DNA of 64,000 nucleotides from Candidatus Babeliales bacterium (GCA_963722075.1 CAVRJM010000001.1:928001-992000); one strand, 5' to 3'; counted from the stretch's first letter, positions 20,799 to 31,442 are shown. A program made the numbers and translations. Notes: generated by a model from the sequence alone, not told the origin.

Positions 20799-21515
20799 TT
20801 ATCGATGAGCGCCTACAAAAGCATTAATCAAGGGATATGCTTCTCTATTATTATTAAAATCCCATGAAGTGGCCGTTTCTATAATTGATCCTGCTTTCAT
20901 CAAATAAATCGTACACCGTAAATGAGTAATTAATGCCGTATCATGAGATGCAATAATCATTGAAATTCCTTGATCAGCAAGCTGTTGTAAGGTATGGGCT
21001 ACAAAATGAGTAAGTAATGGATCAAGTGCTGAGGTCGGTTCATCAGCACAGAGCACTTTAGGATTCATGGCAAGAGCGCGCGCGAGTGCAAGCCGTTGTC
21101 GCTGTCCTCCTGAAAGCCGTGAAACCGGTAATGCCGCTTTAGTGTCTAAATCAAATTGCTTTAACAGCTTACGGGCTATTTCTTGTGCCTCTTTTTTACT
21201 TTTTTTTAATACCACTTCCAAAGCAAGGGTAATATTTTCTTGCACACTCAAATGGTCAAACAAATTAAATTGCTGAAAAACCATTCCCACCATATGATTG
21301 CGCATTATTTCTGCTGCATCAACCACCACACCATCAAAAAGAATTTCCCCTGAATCAGCCATTTCTAAATTAGTTAAAATACGCAATAAGGTTGATTTGC
21401 CTACCCCAGATTCACCTAATAAAAGCGCAATTTCTCCTTTTGGAACGGTCACATTAATCTGATTTAAGATAACCAAATTATGGAATTTTTTAGTAAGATT
21501 TTTAATGATGAGCAT
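20799..21515 (-). CDS. Polar amino acid ABC transporter ATP-binding protein
   Basis: GESGVGKST, LSGGQRQR, DEPTSALDP. Confidence 0.93.
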   Translation of the reverse strand: MLIIKNLTKKFHNLVILNQINVTVPKGEIALLLGESGVGKSTLLRILTNLEMADSGEILFDGVVVDAAEIMRNHMVGMVFQQFNLFDHLSVQENITLALEVVLKKSKKEAQEIARKLLKQFDLDTKAALPVSRLSGGQRQRLALARALAMNPKVLCADEPTSALDPLLTHFVAHTLQQLADQGISMIIASHDTALITHLRCTIYLMKAGSIIETATSWDFNNNREAYPLINAFVGAHR

Positions 21516-22167
21516 TGATGTTCATCTTTCGTTCAATTATAGAGGCTATTACCGAAATTCCCGTCGTTAAACATAAATAAATTGCCGCTATAGCACAATA
21601 AATAGGGATTACCGCATAGGTTCTGCTAATAATAATAGTTCCTTCTTTAAACAGTTCAACAACACCGATAGTTGAAGCTAAACTTGAGTCTTTTATAAGC
21701 GTAATAAATTCATTTAATAAGGCAGGAATAACCAATCGAATTGCTTGTGGAAAAACAATATAGCGCATGATTTGAAAATGAGTAAACCCTAGCACCTGTG
21801 CTGCTTCTTTTTGCCCTGCAGGGACGGACATAATACCGGATCTAACAATTTGGCTAATATAAGCAGTACTATTTAAGCCGATTGCTATTACTGCGGTGGT
21901 AAACAATGACAATTCAATACCAATATGCGGCAGTAAATAATAAAAAAATGGTATCTGAATAAGCATGGGCGTCCCTCGAAAGAGCGTCACATACAAAGTA
22001 ACTAAGGAACGTACCACTGCATTATGACTACAATGAATAAATCCTAGAATAGTACCACCCACAAAGCCAAAAAGGCTTGAAAAAAATGCTATTTTTAGTG
22101 TAACCAACGTACCACGCAATAGATAGGGAAGAGCTTGCTGTATAACTTCCATCATGAAATATCCCAT
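21502..22167 (-). CDS. Polar amino acid ABC transporter permease
   Basis: FRGTPMLIQ, GQKEAA, LIKDSSLAS. Confidence 0.93.
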   Translation of the reverse strand: MGYFMMEVIQQALPYLLRGTLVTLKIAFFSSLFGFVGGTILGFIHCSHNAVVRSLVTLYVTLFRGTPMLIQIPFFYYLLPHIGIELSLFTTAVIAIGLNSTAYISQIVRSGIMSVPAGQKEAAQVLGFTHFQIMRYIVFPQAIRLVIPALLNEFITLIKDSSLASTIGVVELFKEGTIIISRTYAVIPIYCAIAAIYLCLTTGISVIASIIERKMNINAHH

Positions 22168-22925
22168 TTCTTTTTAAGCTGATCCACAAAACCTTCTTGC
22201 TGTAATTGCGTAAGTACCGTTTCTATTTGTTCAGCTAATACTGGGTGTAGCTTGCTAATAGCAAATACTGTTTGTTCATTGGTTTCAGGAATAGTAAAGA
22301 GAGAAAAATCATCTTTATTATATTGTTTAAAGAATGGTTTTATATTATTAGCAGCAACCACAAATGCATCTGCTCGCTTGCTCATTAATGATAAGAACGC
22401 ATCGGAAACCGTTGGTAGTCGTTTTAAATCAATATCAGGTACCGTGCTCATATACCGCTCGGCACTAAATCCTTCATTAACCAATACTACTTTATTTTTT
22501 AAATCAGCAAGTGAATGTATTGGATTTTTTGCTAAGGTCACTACTACTAAAGGGTCCGTTTCTAAATATGGCTTAGTAAAAAGTACCAATTGAGCGCGCT
22601 CTGGCGTTGGGCTAATACCCGCAGCAATTACCGCAATAGAACCATTTTGCAATTGCGGTATTAACGTAGTAAACGGCATATCCTTTAATACCATACGCTT
22701 ACCTAACCGCCGTACGATTTCTTGAATAAGATCAATATCAAATCCCACAATTTGATCATTATGTATATATTCAAATGGGGGGAATTCTGCCGCGGTGCCA
22801 ACAATAATGGTAGATTCATCAATAGATTTTTTTATACACTCTTTCCTAGAAAAAAATCTATAGCCAGCAATAAGAAGCAATAGCGCTGCTGCACCTATGA
22901 GCAATGATTTTTGAGACTGTTTCAT
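22152..22925 (-). CDS. Amino acid ABC transporter substrate-binding protein
   Basis: FPPFEY, GFDIDL, TPER motifs. Confidence 0.92.
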   Translation of the reverse strand: MKQSQKSLLIGAAALLLLIAGYRFFSRKECIKKSIDESTIIVGTAAEFPPFEYIHNDQIVGFDIDLIQEIVRRLGKRMVLKDMPFTTLIPQLQNGSIAVIAAGISPTPERAQLVLFTKPYLETDPLVVVTLAKNPIHSLADLKNKVVLVNEGFSAERYMSTVPDIDLKRLPTVSDAFLSLMSKRADAFVVAANNIKPFFKQYNKDDFSLFTIPETNEQTVFAISKLHPVLAEQIETVLTQLQQEGFVDQLKKKWDIS

Positions 22926-23199
22926 CGTATATTCCTTATTTCATATATATTTATAACTGAATTTACCAAGTTGTTTTCATTGCTTGTGATAACATTGAAG
23001 AAGGAGGCGTCGCAACGACGGTTTTTAACCTATAATGTTATTCATACTTAGAGTAAAAAGTTTATTTAAAAAACTCAATTAACTATACTGCCGAGTATAT
23101 CATAAAATATATAAAAATCCGGCTTTCTCTTGATTCTCAATTTTACAAAAAACAACTTCTTTTTTAGAATAATCAAAATTATACCAAAAAAGGAGTATT

Positions 23200-24729
23200 A
23201 TGCCTGCAATTCTTAAATCATACTTTTTAAATGATTATACGTGGCAAAAATTAACTATCTTAGTAATAACGGCTTTTATGGTGCGTGCGCTTACCTTTAC
23301 TAGTTATGTACAATATGAAGAACGCTATCGACAAGCTGATACCAACGATTATCATTTTTCTGCCGTTGGATTAAAGGCAGGTACAGGCATGCACCGCGTC
23401 GATAATTTACAGCCAATTTTCTGGCGCACACCAGGCTATCCTTTATATCTCAGTTTATTTTACAAATGGTATGATATTAGAACAGCAGATTTCTCTGCCC
23501 TTAAAGAGCCACTTAAGGCAAGTATCTGGGTACAAATTATACTCTGCTCCTTCATTCCTTTATTACTATTTTTTTTAATGCGTTTACTCACCGGATCATT
23601 GCTTATTTCATGGATTTCTGCATGGATCGGCGTATTCCATCTTGGCTTTGTACTGGCAAGCTGCTATGTCTTATCAGATGCAATTGCACAACTTTTTTTT
23701 ATTAGTTTTTTATATTGTTTTTATCAAATAGTTACTTTATGGTTTGAACCTGATACTCATCAACTAAATTACTACCAATGGGCATTCTGGTTAGTGACCG
23801 CTGCGCTCATGCTTGGGCTTTATACCTGGATACGCCCCAATGGTCAATTTATAGTGGTGCTCAGTATGATGTTGTTGCTTTTAACGAAAGGCAATTGGCA
23901 ACTTAAATTAAAAAAGATAGCGCTTTTTGGACTTTGTTTTTTTGCGGTGATTGGTGGTTGGTATATACGAAATTATAATTTAACCAATCACTGGTTTTTT
24001 TGCCCAATGTCGGGCCCCTATCTACAATCATTTTCTGCACCAAAAATTATGCGGGCTGTCACCAAAAAACCCCTTGAAGAATGCTTGCGAACACTCCTTA
24101 TGATGGTATCGGCACGTATACAAGAAGAAACCATGCGCCTTGCTAAAGAAGCACCACACTTAAAAGTAAGCAAAGAATTGCTTTGCAAACCCATTGCCAT
24201 GACATGGATTATAAATTATCCCTGGTATTTTGCCTATGATTGGATAAAAGAAGTATTAAAAGCTACTTTTGATTTATATTCTAGCCAATTAGTTGCAATG
24301 ATCAATAAAACGCATACGTATGATCCTCTTGAAGAATTTCTCACCCAAAAACTAGCCTTGTGTTTATATGCACAACCAATGTCACGCTTGATGCGCTTTA
24401 TTTGTTGGTCAGAATTTATTTTTTCATTATGGCTATGGATTGGCTTACTGGCTGGGTTTTTCTTATTTGTTTTACAACCGTACATACAAAAAAACTCTTC
24501 TACCACAACACGTTCCATGCAGGCATTATGGATTAAAATTGGATTTATTATCGGTGGCATGCTTATTATGACCGGTGGCTTTGGTTATGCACGGTTACGC
24601 CTACCCATTGATCCATTACTTTGGCTTCTTGCACTCACCTGGTGGTGTTATATAATGAATAAGGCACTGCATTACTTTAAACTAGTTATGTATAGTTCAG
24701 TATCAACTCCCGTTACCCATAATTCGTAA
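23200..24729 (+). CDS. Polytopic membrane protein, GT-C (family 39-like) glycosyltransferase
   Basis: D..DY, RTPGYPLYL, IRPNG, WYIRNY, RLRLP motifs; many TM segments. Confidence 0.7.
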   Translation: MPAILKSYFLNDYTWQKLTILVITAFMVRALTFTSYVQYEERYRQADTNDYHFSAVGLKAGTGMHRVDNLQPIFWRTPGYPLYLSLFYKWYDIRTADFSALKEPLKASIWVQIILCSFIPLLLFFLMRLLTGSLLISWISAWIGVFHLGFVLASCYVLSDAIAQLFFISFLYCFYQIVTLWFEPDTHQLNYYQWAFWLVTAALMLGLYTWIRPNGQFIVVLSMMLLLLTKGNWQLKLKKIALFGLCFFAVIGGWYIRNYNLTNHWFFCPMSGPYLQSFSAPKIMRAVTKKPLEECLRTLLMMVSARIQEETMRLAKEAPHLKVSKELLCKPIAMTWIINYPWYFAYDWIKEVLKATFDLYSSQLVAMINKTHTYDPLEEFLTQKLALCLYAQPMSRLMRFICWSEFIFSLWLWIGLLAGFFLFVLQPYIQKNSSTTTRSMQALWIKIGFIIGGMLIMTGGFGYARLRLPIDPLLWLLALTWWCYIMNKALHYFKLVMYSSVSTPVTHNS

Positions 24730-24733
24730 ATCT

Positions 24734-25282
24734 ATGAAACGTTTATATGCACCCTGGAGAACTCGTTATACGCAACATGTTTCAAGCAATAAAGAAGAAG
24801 TGACCGACGAAGCTCATTGTGTATTTTGCACGCAATTTAACGAGCATAATGATACTAACCATTTCATTTTACGGCGATTTGCAAATACCATTGTTATGCT
24901 AAATCTATATCCTTATAATGCTGGTCATCTTCTTATTTTGCCAGTGGAGCATCAAGCACAACTTTGCCAGCTGACACCATTGGTTCGAAACGAGCTTATG
25001 GAGGTAATTAGTATAAGTATGAATATACTCTCTACCACATTGAAAGCGCAGGGAATTAATATGGGACTTAATATAGGAAAAGCAGCCGGAGCAGGAATTC
25101 CTTCACATATCCATTTTCATCTTATTCCACGCTGGTTTGGTGACACTAATTTTTTCCCCTTGATTGCTAATACTAAACAAATCTCAACTGATTTGCAGGA
25201 AATATATAAACAATTACTACCTCATTTTCAAGAAATTGATGAAAATATGCTTAATAAAAAGGATAGCTATGAAAAAAAATAA
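24734..25282 (+). CDS. HIT family hydrolase (Ap4A/FHIT-like)
   Basis: LYAPWR, CVFC, NLYPYNAGH, HIHFHLIPRW.GD. Confidence 0.9.
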   Translation: MKRLYAPWRTRYTQHVSSNKEEVTDEAHCVFCTQFNEHNDTNHFILRRFANTIVMLNLYPYNAGHLLILPVEHQAQLCQLTPLVRNELMEVISISMNILSTTLKAQGINMGLNIGKAAGAGIPSHIHFHLIPRWFGDTNFFPLIANTKQISTDLQEIYKQLLPHFQEIDENMLNKKDSYEKK

Positions 25283-25484
25283 TACAGAGCAATTGTATGG
25301 CCTTATTTTAATTGGTATCGGCATATTTTTACTGATTTTAGTAGGTGGACCGATGCTTTTATCACTAGGTGCCATACTTATTGGCTTTTATCTTATTAAT
25401 TATGGATTATTATTAACCGGCAATCCTTCATTACCGACCGTTTTTCAACGGTTTATTACTGAGATTAGAAATCGTTTTTTTTGA
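25269..25484 (+). CDS. Small membrane protein
   Basis: Two hydrophobic segments; RBS AAGGA. Confidence 0.6.
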   Translation: MKKNNTEQLYGLILIGIGIFLLILVGGPMLLSLGAILIGFYLINYGLLLTGNPSLPTVFQRFITEIRNRFF

Positions 25485-25611
25485 TAGATAATAAGGAATC
25501 TTATCCATCTTGGTTAAAACTTCGACGTGACCGCCATCCTCATCCCGCCTTAGCCGCTATAGCATTATGAATCCGCAATGCACTCGGGTGATGACACTGC
25601 GGAAACAAAAA

Positions 25612-25928
25612 AACGTCGTTGCGAGCCTGTCGAAGCAATCCAGGTTAAAAAAAATTAATTTCTATACCACTATTAAAAATTTTATTGAAAAAAATATAAC
25701 GTATAAAACAACCACTAAGAAAAGGGGAAGCAATATGTCGCTACAACAAACGATAAAAATAATAGTTTTTGTTTTACCATGCATTTTGTTTGCGATGGAT
25801 AATCAATCATCTTCAAATGAGTTCATGTATTGAGTAAGTTAATAGATCAGAATTATAGAAAGAAAATTTTCCTTCAGTTGAAATCATAAATTGACCCTGG
25901 ATTGCTTCGACAAGCTCGCAACGACGTT
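25612..25928. repeat. 33-bp inverted repeat pair enclosing a gene remnant
   Basis: 25612-25644 and 25896-25928 are reverse complements with one mismatch. Confidence 0.85.
25735..25888 (+). pseudogene. Remnant of an exported-protein gene
   Basis: RBS AGGGGA; MSLQQTIKIIVFVLPCILFA-MD, then early stop at 25833. Confidence 0.45.
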
Positions 25929-26034
25929 CTTTGTTTTCCCTATCATCATCACGAGCGTATCCAACTTCACTAAAGCTATGTCCGGATTGTGGTAATAGCG
26001 AGCGTATGTCCAGGCAAAGTTGTTTACTCCGATT

Positions 26035-26065
26035 TGTCATCCCGAGCTTGCGTGGGGATCCATTA
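26035..26065. repeat. TGTCAT-type palindromic repeat
   Basis: TGTCATCCCGAGCTTGCGTGGGGATCCA. Confidence 0.8.
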
Positions 26066-26248
26066 ATTAATAATATCCTATGTATTAGCGACGACTAAAT
26101 TAACCTAGACGGATGAGGATCTATTAATTAATATCTACTTTATTACATGCCATTCATTCTATTGCCATTACCTTAAATATTTATTTATATTTAATGTAAA
26201 TTTGAAAATAATTAAATTACTTATAAATACGAAATTAAAAGGAATATC

Positions 26249-27001
26249 ATGGAAACTAAGAAATTTTCAACGGTAGAATCCATAAAATTTGGTTTTTACA
26301 CGGTTATAGAAAACGTTCTATTTTTTCTTGCCTTATGGCTTATTTGTTTTGGCGTTCTTTTTGCAGGGTTATTTCTTGCCACCTTTATTTCCTACTTTCC
26401 CTTTTTAAATACTATTTTTGCATTCTTACGCGAAAACAATTCAACGGTGATGAATTATTTAGCGGTTCCTCATAATTACTTACAGCTTGATATTCGAACC
26501 TCAAGTGCTCTTCTATTTAGCACCTTATTCTTTGGATTACTACTCAAGCTACTTTATCGCTATTTATCACTGGGGATTATTCGCATAGCACTTGATTTTT
26601 ATGATTACCAAACAAGTAGTTTAAGACAACTTTTTTCGGGAATGCCCTACCTTTTTAAAGCTTTTATTGCCGGCATTTTATACAATATGATGGTGACTAT
26701 TGGCATGGTTTTCTTTATTATTCCAGGAATCTATTTTTTAATTAAGTATGGTTTCTACGAACAATTAATTGTTGATAAAAATGTTGGCATCTTTGAATCA
26801 TTTAGACAAAGCGCTGAAATTACTCAAGGTTCCAAATGGCATATATTCGGGCTTCTTTTTATTTTTTGGTGTATTAATATTACCGCTTGCTTTTTTTGTT
26901 GCTTGGGGTTATTGGTAACCTACCCAGCATTAGTTCTTGCACAAATATATGTATATAGAAAACTCAGTGCAGTTCCTATGGTGCCCCAAAAAACAAATTA
27001 A
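26249..27001 (+). CDS. Integral membrane protein (YciC/DUF975-like)
   Basis: FIIPGIY, ESFRQSAEITQG.KW, several TM segments. Confidence 0.7.
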   Translation: METKKFSTVESIKFGFYTVIENVLFFLALWLICFGVLFAGLFLATFISYFPFLNTIFAFLRENNSTVMNYLAVPHNYLQLDIRTSSALLFSTLFFGLLLKLLYRYLSLGIIRIALDFYDYQTSSLRQLFSGMPYLFKAFIAGILYNMMVTIGMVFFIIPGIYFLIKYGFYEQLIVDKNVGIFESFRQSAEITQGSKWHIFGLLFIFWCINITACFFCCLGLLVTYPALVLAQIYVYRKLSAVPMVPQKTN

Positions 27002-27393
27002 CAACAGATATTTTCAATGCAATGATCACATGCTTTAATGGTTTCATCGCAGAGGCGTTTTATTTTTTGCAATGCCAATTGGCATGATTCTTTTGAGGTA
27101 TCGCACACTAATGAGCAGCGCTCACATACATTAGAACATTCTTCACATTTTCTAATGCATGCTTGTGTAGCTTCAATACAGTTTTTATTAGTACATTCTT
27201 TTAAATGAATGCGACCAGCACGCATACATGCTTGAGTAGTATCTATAACTTCCTTATAATAATGTGCTGTCTTTTCAGGTTGTATGGTTACTTTTTTCTC
27301 CTGCATCCCTTTAGTTAATTTATCACATAACTCGATACATGCTTGGCAGGCAACGATACATTCATTACAAGCAGTAACTACCTTTTTTTCCAT
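26998..27393 (-). CDS. Cys-rich four-helix bundle protein (copper storage Csp/DUF326-like)
   Basis: About 20 Cys in CxxC/CxxxC spacing over 131 aa; no signal peptide. Confidence 0.65.
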   Translation of the reverse strand: MEKKVVTACNECIVACQACIELCDKLTKGMQEKKVTIQPEKTAHYYKEVIDTTQACMRAGRIHLKECTNKNCIEATQACIRKCEECSNVCERCSLVCDTSKESCQLALQKIKRLCDETIKACDHCIENICC

Positions 27394-27409
27394 AACAAGC
27401 TTCCTTTTT

Positions 27410-29230
27410 TTAGATTTTCCGTTTAAATTTTTTTTCTAATTCGTAATCAGTTACGAGCCACGTGGTGGGGCGGCCATGGGGGCACGTAAATCTATTTTGC
27501 GTTTTATATAAATCAATTAATAATTGATTTATTTGTTGATCAGTTAAAATATCGCCTGCTTTTACCGCCGCTTTACATGCCATTTGCGCTTGTAACTTTT
27601 TATTAACTAACATTAAAAACTGATCCCGCTCAAGGGTTGCATACTCAATCAATATATCAATAATTTCTCGTATAAAATCTCGCCACGAAATAGATTTTAA
27701 ATGAACCGGAACTGCCGTAACTATAATCTGCTGTGGGCCAGATTGTTCAAACCTAATACCATATTCATACACTATAATACTGTTATCCATCAAGAGTTGT
27801 ATTTCATCTGCAGGTAATGAAATCGTTTCAGGAAATAATAAATTGACTGATGAAAGATTATCAAAACGCTGCGCAAACTGTTCAAACAAAATACGTTCAT
27901 GCGCTGCGTGTTGATCCACAAAAACAAGTCCTTCATCAGTATCGAGCATAATATAGGTTTTCTTATAAACACCAATGACATTATATTGTTCAGCACCCAG
28001 TGATTCTTGACCAGTTATAATTGGTTGCTCCATTTGTTTTTGCGCGTCAAAAACAGAGGATCGGTTACTAATGTGATTATCAGCAATAGGCTTTTGAGTT
28101 TGATCAAATGATTCTTTTTCCGGCATGGTTGCAAAAAAAAAGGGCTCTTTTTGATACGGTAATGGCGGCAACGAAGGCATTGAGGTGATTTCTTCTTGAA
28201 TAAACGGTTGAAAAGTCGGTTTTTCTTTGGTGGGAATTATACGTTCTTGCAAGCAGGTTTTTACGGTATTAGTAATGGCATCTTCTATTCTTTTTGGCTG
28301 CACAAATGCAACTTCTTCTTTGCGCGGATGAATATTAACATCAAACTGATCGGACGGCAATGATAAAAGAATAATGCCAACCGGATAGCGTCCCTGAGGC
28401 AGCACGTTCAAATATCCTTTTAGCAATGCGTGGCTTAATGAATAGTTTTTTATCCAGCGATTATTAATAAAGAAAAAAATATGAGCGCGATTATATCTAA
28501 AATAATGTTGCCCGGAAATAATGCCTTGAAGTGTTAACCCATGTTGCTGTGTTAACGGTATCGTGATTAATGCATCTGGAGGGGTATGATCCCATAGCTG
28601 TGTTACTCGATTAGCGATGGAATGTACACTGGGGCAATTAGAAACTAATTTACCTTCAGAAAATAGTTGAAAATGAATAGCCGGATAGGCAAAACAAAAC
28701 GTTTGAAATAGTTGAACCAATAACCGCCATTCAGTTTCAGGCTTTTTTAAAAATTTTTTTCGTACCGGAACATTAAAAAAGAGCTCTTGAACTGCTATAT
28801 CGGTACCTGGGTTACAAAACACTTCTTCCGTTTTTATCACCAATCCTTCATTAAAAAGCACTCGGGTACCGCTGGTGCTTTCAGCTTCTTTGGTGACTAA
28901 GGTTATTTTACTAACCGCGACAATACTATATAATGCTTCACCTCTAAAACCAAAAGTAGCAAGTTGTTGTAATTGATCAAAAGAACTAATTTTACTCGTG
29001 GCATGCCGTTCAAAACACATTAGTGCATCCGCGGATGACATTCCTGAACCATTATCAACCACACGAATTAATTGATGTCCTGCTTGTTCAATATAAACAG
29101 TTATAATGGTTGCTTGCGCATCAATCGCATTTTCAATCAACTCTTTTAACACATCTACTGGACGCTCAACAACCTGGCCAGCAGCAATTTTTTGTATTTC
29201 CGAAAGCGAAAGCTGTTTAATTTTTTGCAT
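27410..29230 (-). CDS. mutL: DNA mismatch repair protein MutL
   Basis: IAAGQVVERP, GFRGEAL, DQHAAHER, CPHGRP. Confidence 0.97.
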   Translation of the reverse strand: MQKIKQLSLSEIQKIAAGQVVERPVDVLKELIENAIDAQATIITVYIEQAGHQLIRVVDNGSGMSSADALMCFERHATSKISSFDQLQQLATFGFRGEALYSIVAVSKITLVTKEAESTSGTRVLFNEGLVIKTEEVFCNPGTDIAVQELFFNVPVRKKFLKKPETEWRLLVQLFQTFCFAYPAIHFQLFSEGKLVSNCPSVHSIANRVTQLWDHTPPDALITIPLTQQHGLTLQGIISGQHYFRYNRAHIFFFINNRWIKNYSLSHALLKGYLNVLPQGRYPVGIILLSLPSDQFDVNIHPRKEEVAFVQPKRIEDAITNTVKTCLQERIIPTKEKPTFQPFIQEEITSMPSLPPLPYQKEPFFFATMPEKESFDQTQKPIADNHISNRSSVFDAQKQMEQPIITGQESLGAEQYNVIGVYKKTYIMLDTDEGLVFVDQHAAHERILFEQFAQRFDNLSSVNLLFPETISLPADEIQLLMDNSIIVYEYGIRFEQSGPQQIIVTAVPVHLKSISWRDFIREIIDILIEYATLERDQFLMLVNKKLQAQMACKAAVKAGDILTDQQINQLLIDLYKTQNRFTCPHGRPTTWLVTDYELEKKFKRKI

Positions 29231-29240
29231 ATAATAATAA

Positions 29241-29777
29241 TTAGCTAATGATGTTACCTATACTAGTAAACTGTATCAATTTTTTTTCATCTTTGGAAAT
29301 GGAAGACGGTAATAATTCTATAAGATTCATCGCTTGAAACAAATTTGTTTTTTCCAATGTTTGTATGCAATCGAGTAACAATTCGATCTCGTTAATCTCT
29401 CCTTTTAATTCTATAGCTTTTGCATCAATCGTTATTGATGAAAATCGCATACTGGCAGGTATACTGTTAGCTAATGCTATTAAATATGCACTATAATCTT
29501 GTTTATGAGAGAATGCGGTAACTTTTTTTCGTCGTTTTTTATTTTTTTTGAGCTGCTTTTTAATATTCTTATTTTCTTCATGCACCACATTAGTAACCTG
29601 CTCTGTTAAGCACTGAGCCTCATTACGTACCTTATACCAAGATAGTAATTGAACCGCCGTCATTATCGATAATAGCATAATAAGGGCACCAATAAGCACG
29701 CTGCTGCACCAAATCCAGTTACGCCATTTTTTATATTCATGAGGCGGTAAAGCTGAGATTAAATTACTGGAGTTCAT
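29241..29777 (-). CDS. PilN-like protein
   Basis: NLI.. motif, single TM, coiled coil, IP..MRFSSI..IELKG. Confidence 0.6.
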   Translation of the reverse strand: MNSSNLISALPPHEYKKWRNWIWCSSVLIGALIMLLSIMTAVQLLSWYKVRNEAQCLTEQVTNVVHEENKNIKKQLKKNKKRRKKVTAFSHKQDYSAYLIALANSIPASMRFSSITIDAKAIELKGEINEIELLLDCIQTLEKTNLFQAMNLIELLPSSISKDEKKLIQFTSIGNIIS

Positions 29778-30513
29778 GATGAGTTCCTAATAAAAACAAG
29801 CCTGCACTTGCCAGTATTAATTCCTTCTCTTTAGAAAAAAGTTGGCTAAAATGTGCATTTGATTCAAATAAGGCATCACTACCATAGGCATTGCATAAAG
29901 TATTACAATAGCTTGCTAATTCCTGCACCGTTTTAATTTGTTTTATGTGCTGATCTGCTAAAGGTTGATTTAAAAAAGAAAGCATATATAAAAGAGCACG
30001 ATTTTTTGAGGTGATGGTACAACAATGAAAAGGAACTTTAAGCGCTAATAATTGATATTGAAAAAGAATTTCTCGCCGTAACCCAAACAGATAAAAAAAA
30101 TGTTTTTGTTCTTGATAATTAGCATATAACGGCGCATAATTCCATATCACTTTTTGAGCAATGGCAGGATCATGCGGTGGCTCATCAGCAGTATGCCACC
30201 GGCAATCTTCCCAAATATGATTTTCTGCAAAGGCAAGGGAGACATATGGATTTTTTAATTTATGCGCTTGTAGAAAATCACTAATAATTTCTGATAAATG
30301 AGTAAGATTAAAAATTATTGATTGATTAATCTGATTAAGCCCAAGCGATTTTACTGCCCATGCTTTTGGGATAAAGACATTTGAAGCTTTGCCAAGCCAC
30401 ATGATTAATAATGATGAATTGCCGATTATAATCGTTACATAATTATCGCGCCACCACACGGTATGATCTCTCCTTTTTATTTTACTATAGCGATTATAAT
30501 GTAACTTTTTCAA
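29764..30513 (-). CDS. Hypothetical protein, possibly divergent PilM-like
   Basis: Position upstream of pilN-like gene; C-terminal ASAGLFL reminiscent of PilM. Confidence 0.4.
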   Translation of the reverse strand: MKKLHYNRYSKIKRRDHTVWWRDNYVTIIIGNSSLLIMWLGKASNVFIPKAWAVKSLGLNQINQSIIFNLTHLSEIISDFLQAHKLKNPYVSLAFAENHIWEDCRWHTADEPPHDPAIAQKVIWNYAPLYANYQEQKHFFYLFGLRREILFQYQLLALKVPFHCCTITSKNRALLYMLSFLNQPLADQHIKQIKTVQELASYCNTLCNAYGSDALFESNAHFSQLFSKEKELILASAGLFLLGTHHELQ

Positions 30514-30539
30514 TAATTAATGCTGTCAGTTTTTTATTC

Positions 30540-30577
30540 ACTGGACCCTCACGTCGCTTACGCTCCTCAGGACGACG
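30540..30577. repeat. Palindromic repeat overlapping the prmC 3' end
   Basis: CTGGACCCTCACGTCGCTTACGCTCCTCAGGACGACG. Confidence 0.7.
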
Positions 30578-31442
30578 TTCCGTCGTAACCCACTGCCACG
30601 CGATCCTGTCCATTATAATCCTTAAGAATCTCACTACTCCTAAAATAACGTTTCATGAAATCCTTCACTGCTGCCCCTTGATTATGATCAATCTCTATAT
30701 ATAATTGACCAATCTGATGCTCACCAAAATCATCATTTTTATATAAAAATAATGGCGCTTGCTTAATAATTTCTTCAATAAGTGCTAAACCCTCTTTTTG
30801 TGCCACCAATGCATTTTTATCTTCCCATTCTTTAACCATCGGATCAAGCTGCTGCCAATCAGCTTCATTAATATATGGCGGATTAGCAACAATAAGATCT
30901 GCTTTTTGCCCTGCTAATGCTGCAAAAAGATCAGATTGCAAAAAAGTAACATTTGGTATTTTGAGTTTATTTTTATTTTCTTGCGCAACGCTCAATGCGT
31001 GATCAGCAATATCCGTACCAATCACTACAGCCGCTGGAAATGCTTTTGCTAACGCAAGTGCAATAGCTCCTGAACCAGTACATAGATCAAAAATCGTAAT
31101 TTTCTTATCAGCTAATGATTGCATTTTCTTAATAAGATTTGAAACCCACTCTTCTGTTTCTGGGCGCGGAATAAGCACGGGCGGCTCAATAGCAATGGTG
31201 ATATTTATAAACGGTACTGACCCTATTAAGTATTGTAAGGGCATTTTTTGATGTACATGTTGATTAATCCATTCTTGTAGAAAATCAGCCGCTTTTGGCG
31301 ATGGTTCAGAAAACGTGATTAATTCAGCTTCTTTTTTACCCGTTATCGCCTCTAACATCCACCAAATTATCTGCTCCCGCTGCACCTCTTCGTTATACAG
31401 CGGTGTTAATTGGCGAGCCATTTTTTTAACAAATGCAATCAT
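30567..31442 (-). CDS. prmC: Release factor glutamine methyltransferase
   Basis: PLQYLIG, VLIPRPETE, DLCTGSGAI, NPPY. Confidence 0.95.
   Translation of the reverse strand: MIAFVKKMARQLTPLYNEEVQREQIIWWMLEAITGKKEAELITFSEPSPKAADFLQEWINQHVHQKMPLQYLIGSVPFINITIAIEPPVLIPRPETEEWVSNLIKKMQSLADKKITIFDLCTGSGAIALALAKAFPAAVVIGTDIADHALSVAQENKNKLKIPNVTFLQSDLFAALAGQKADLIVANPPYINEADWQQLDPMVKEWEDKNALVAQKEGLALIEEIIKQAPLFLYKNDDFGEHQIGQLYIEIDHNQGAAVKDFMKRYFRSSEILKDYNGQDRVAVGYDGTSS

Noticed and set aside
22960..23050. Leader peptide or riboswitch upstream of the amino acid ABC operon
   Set aside because: There is only a short GC-rich patch, with no supportable uORF or recognisable aptamer.
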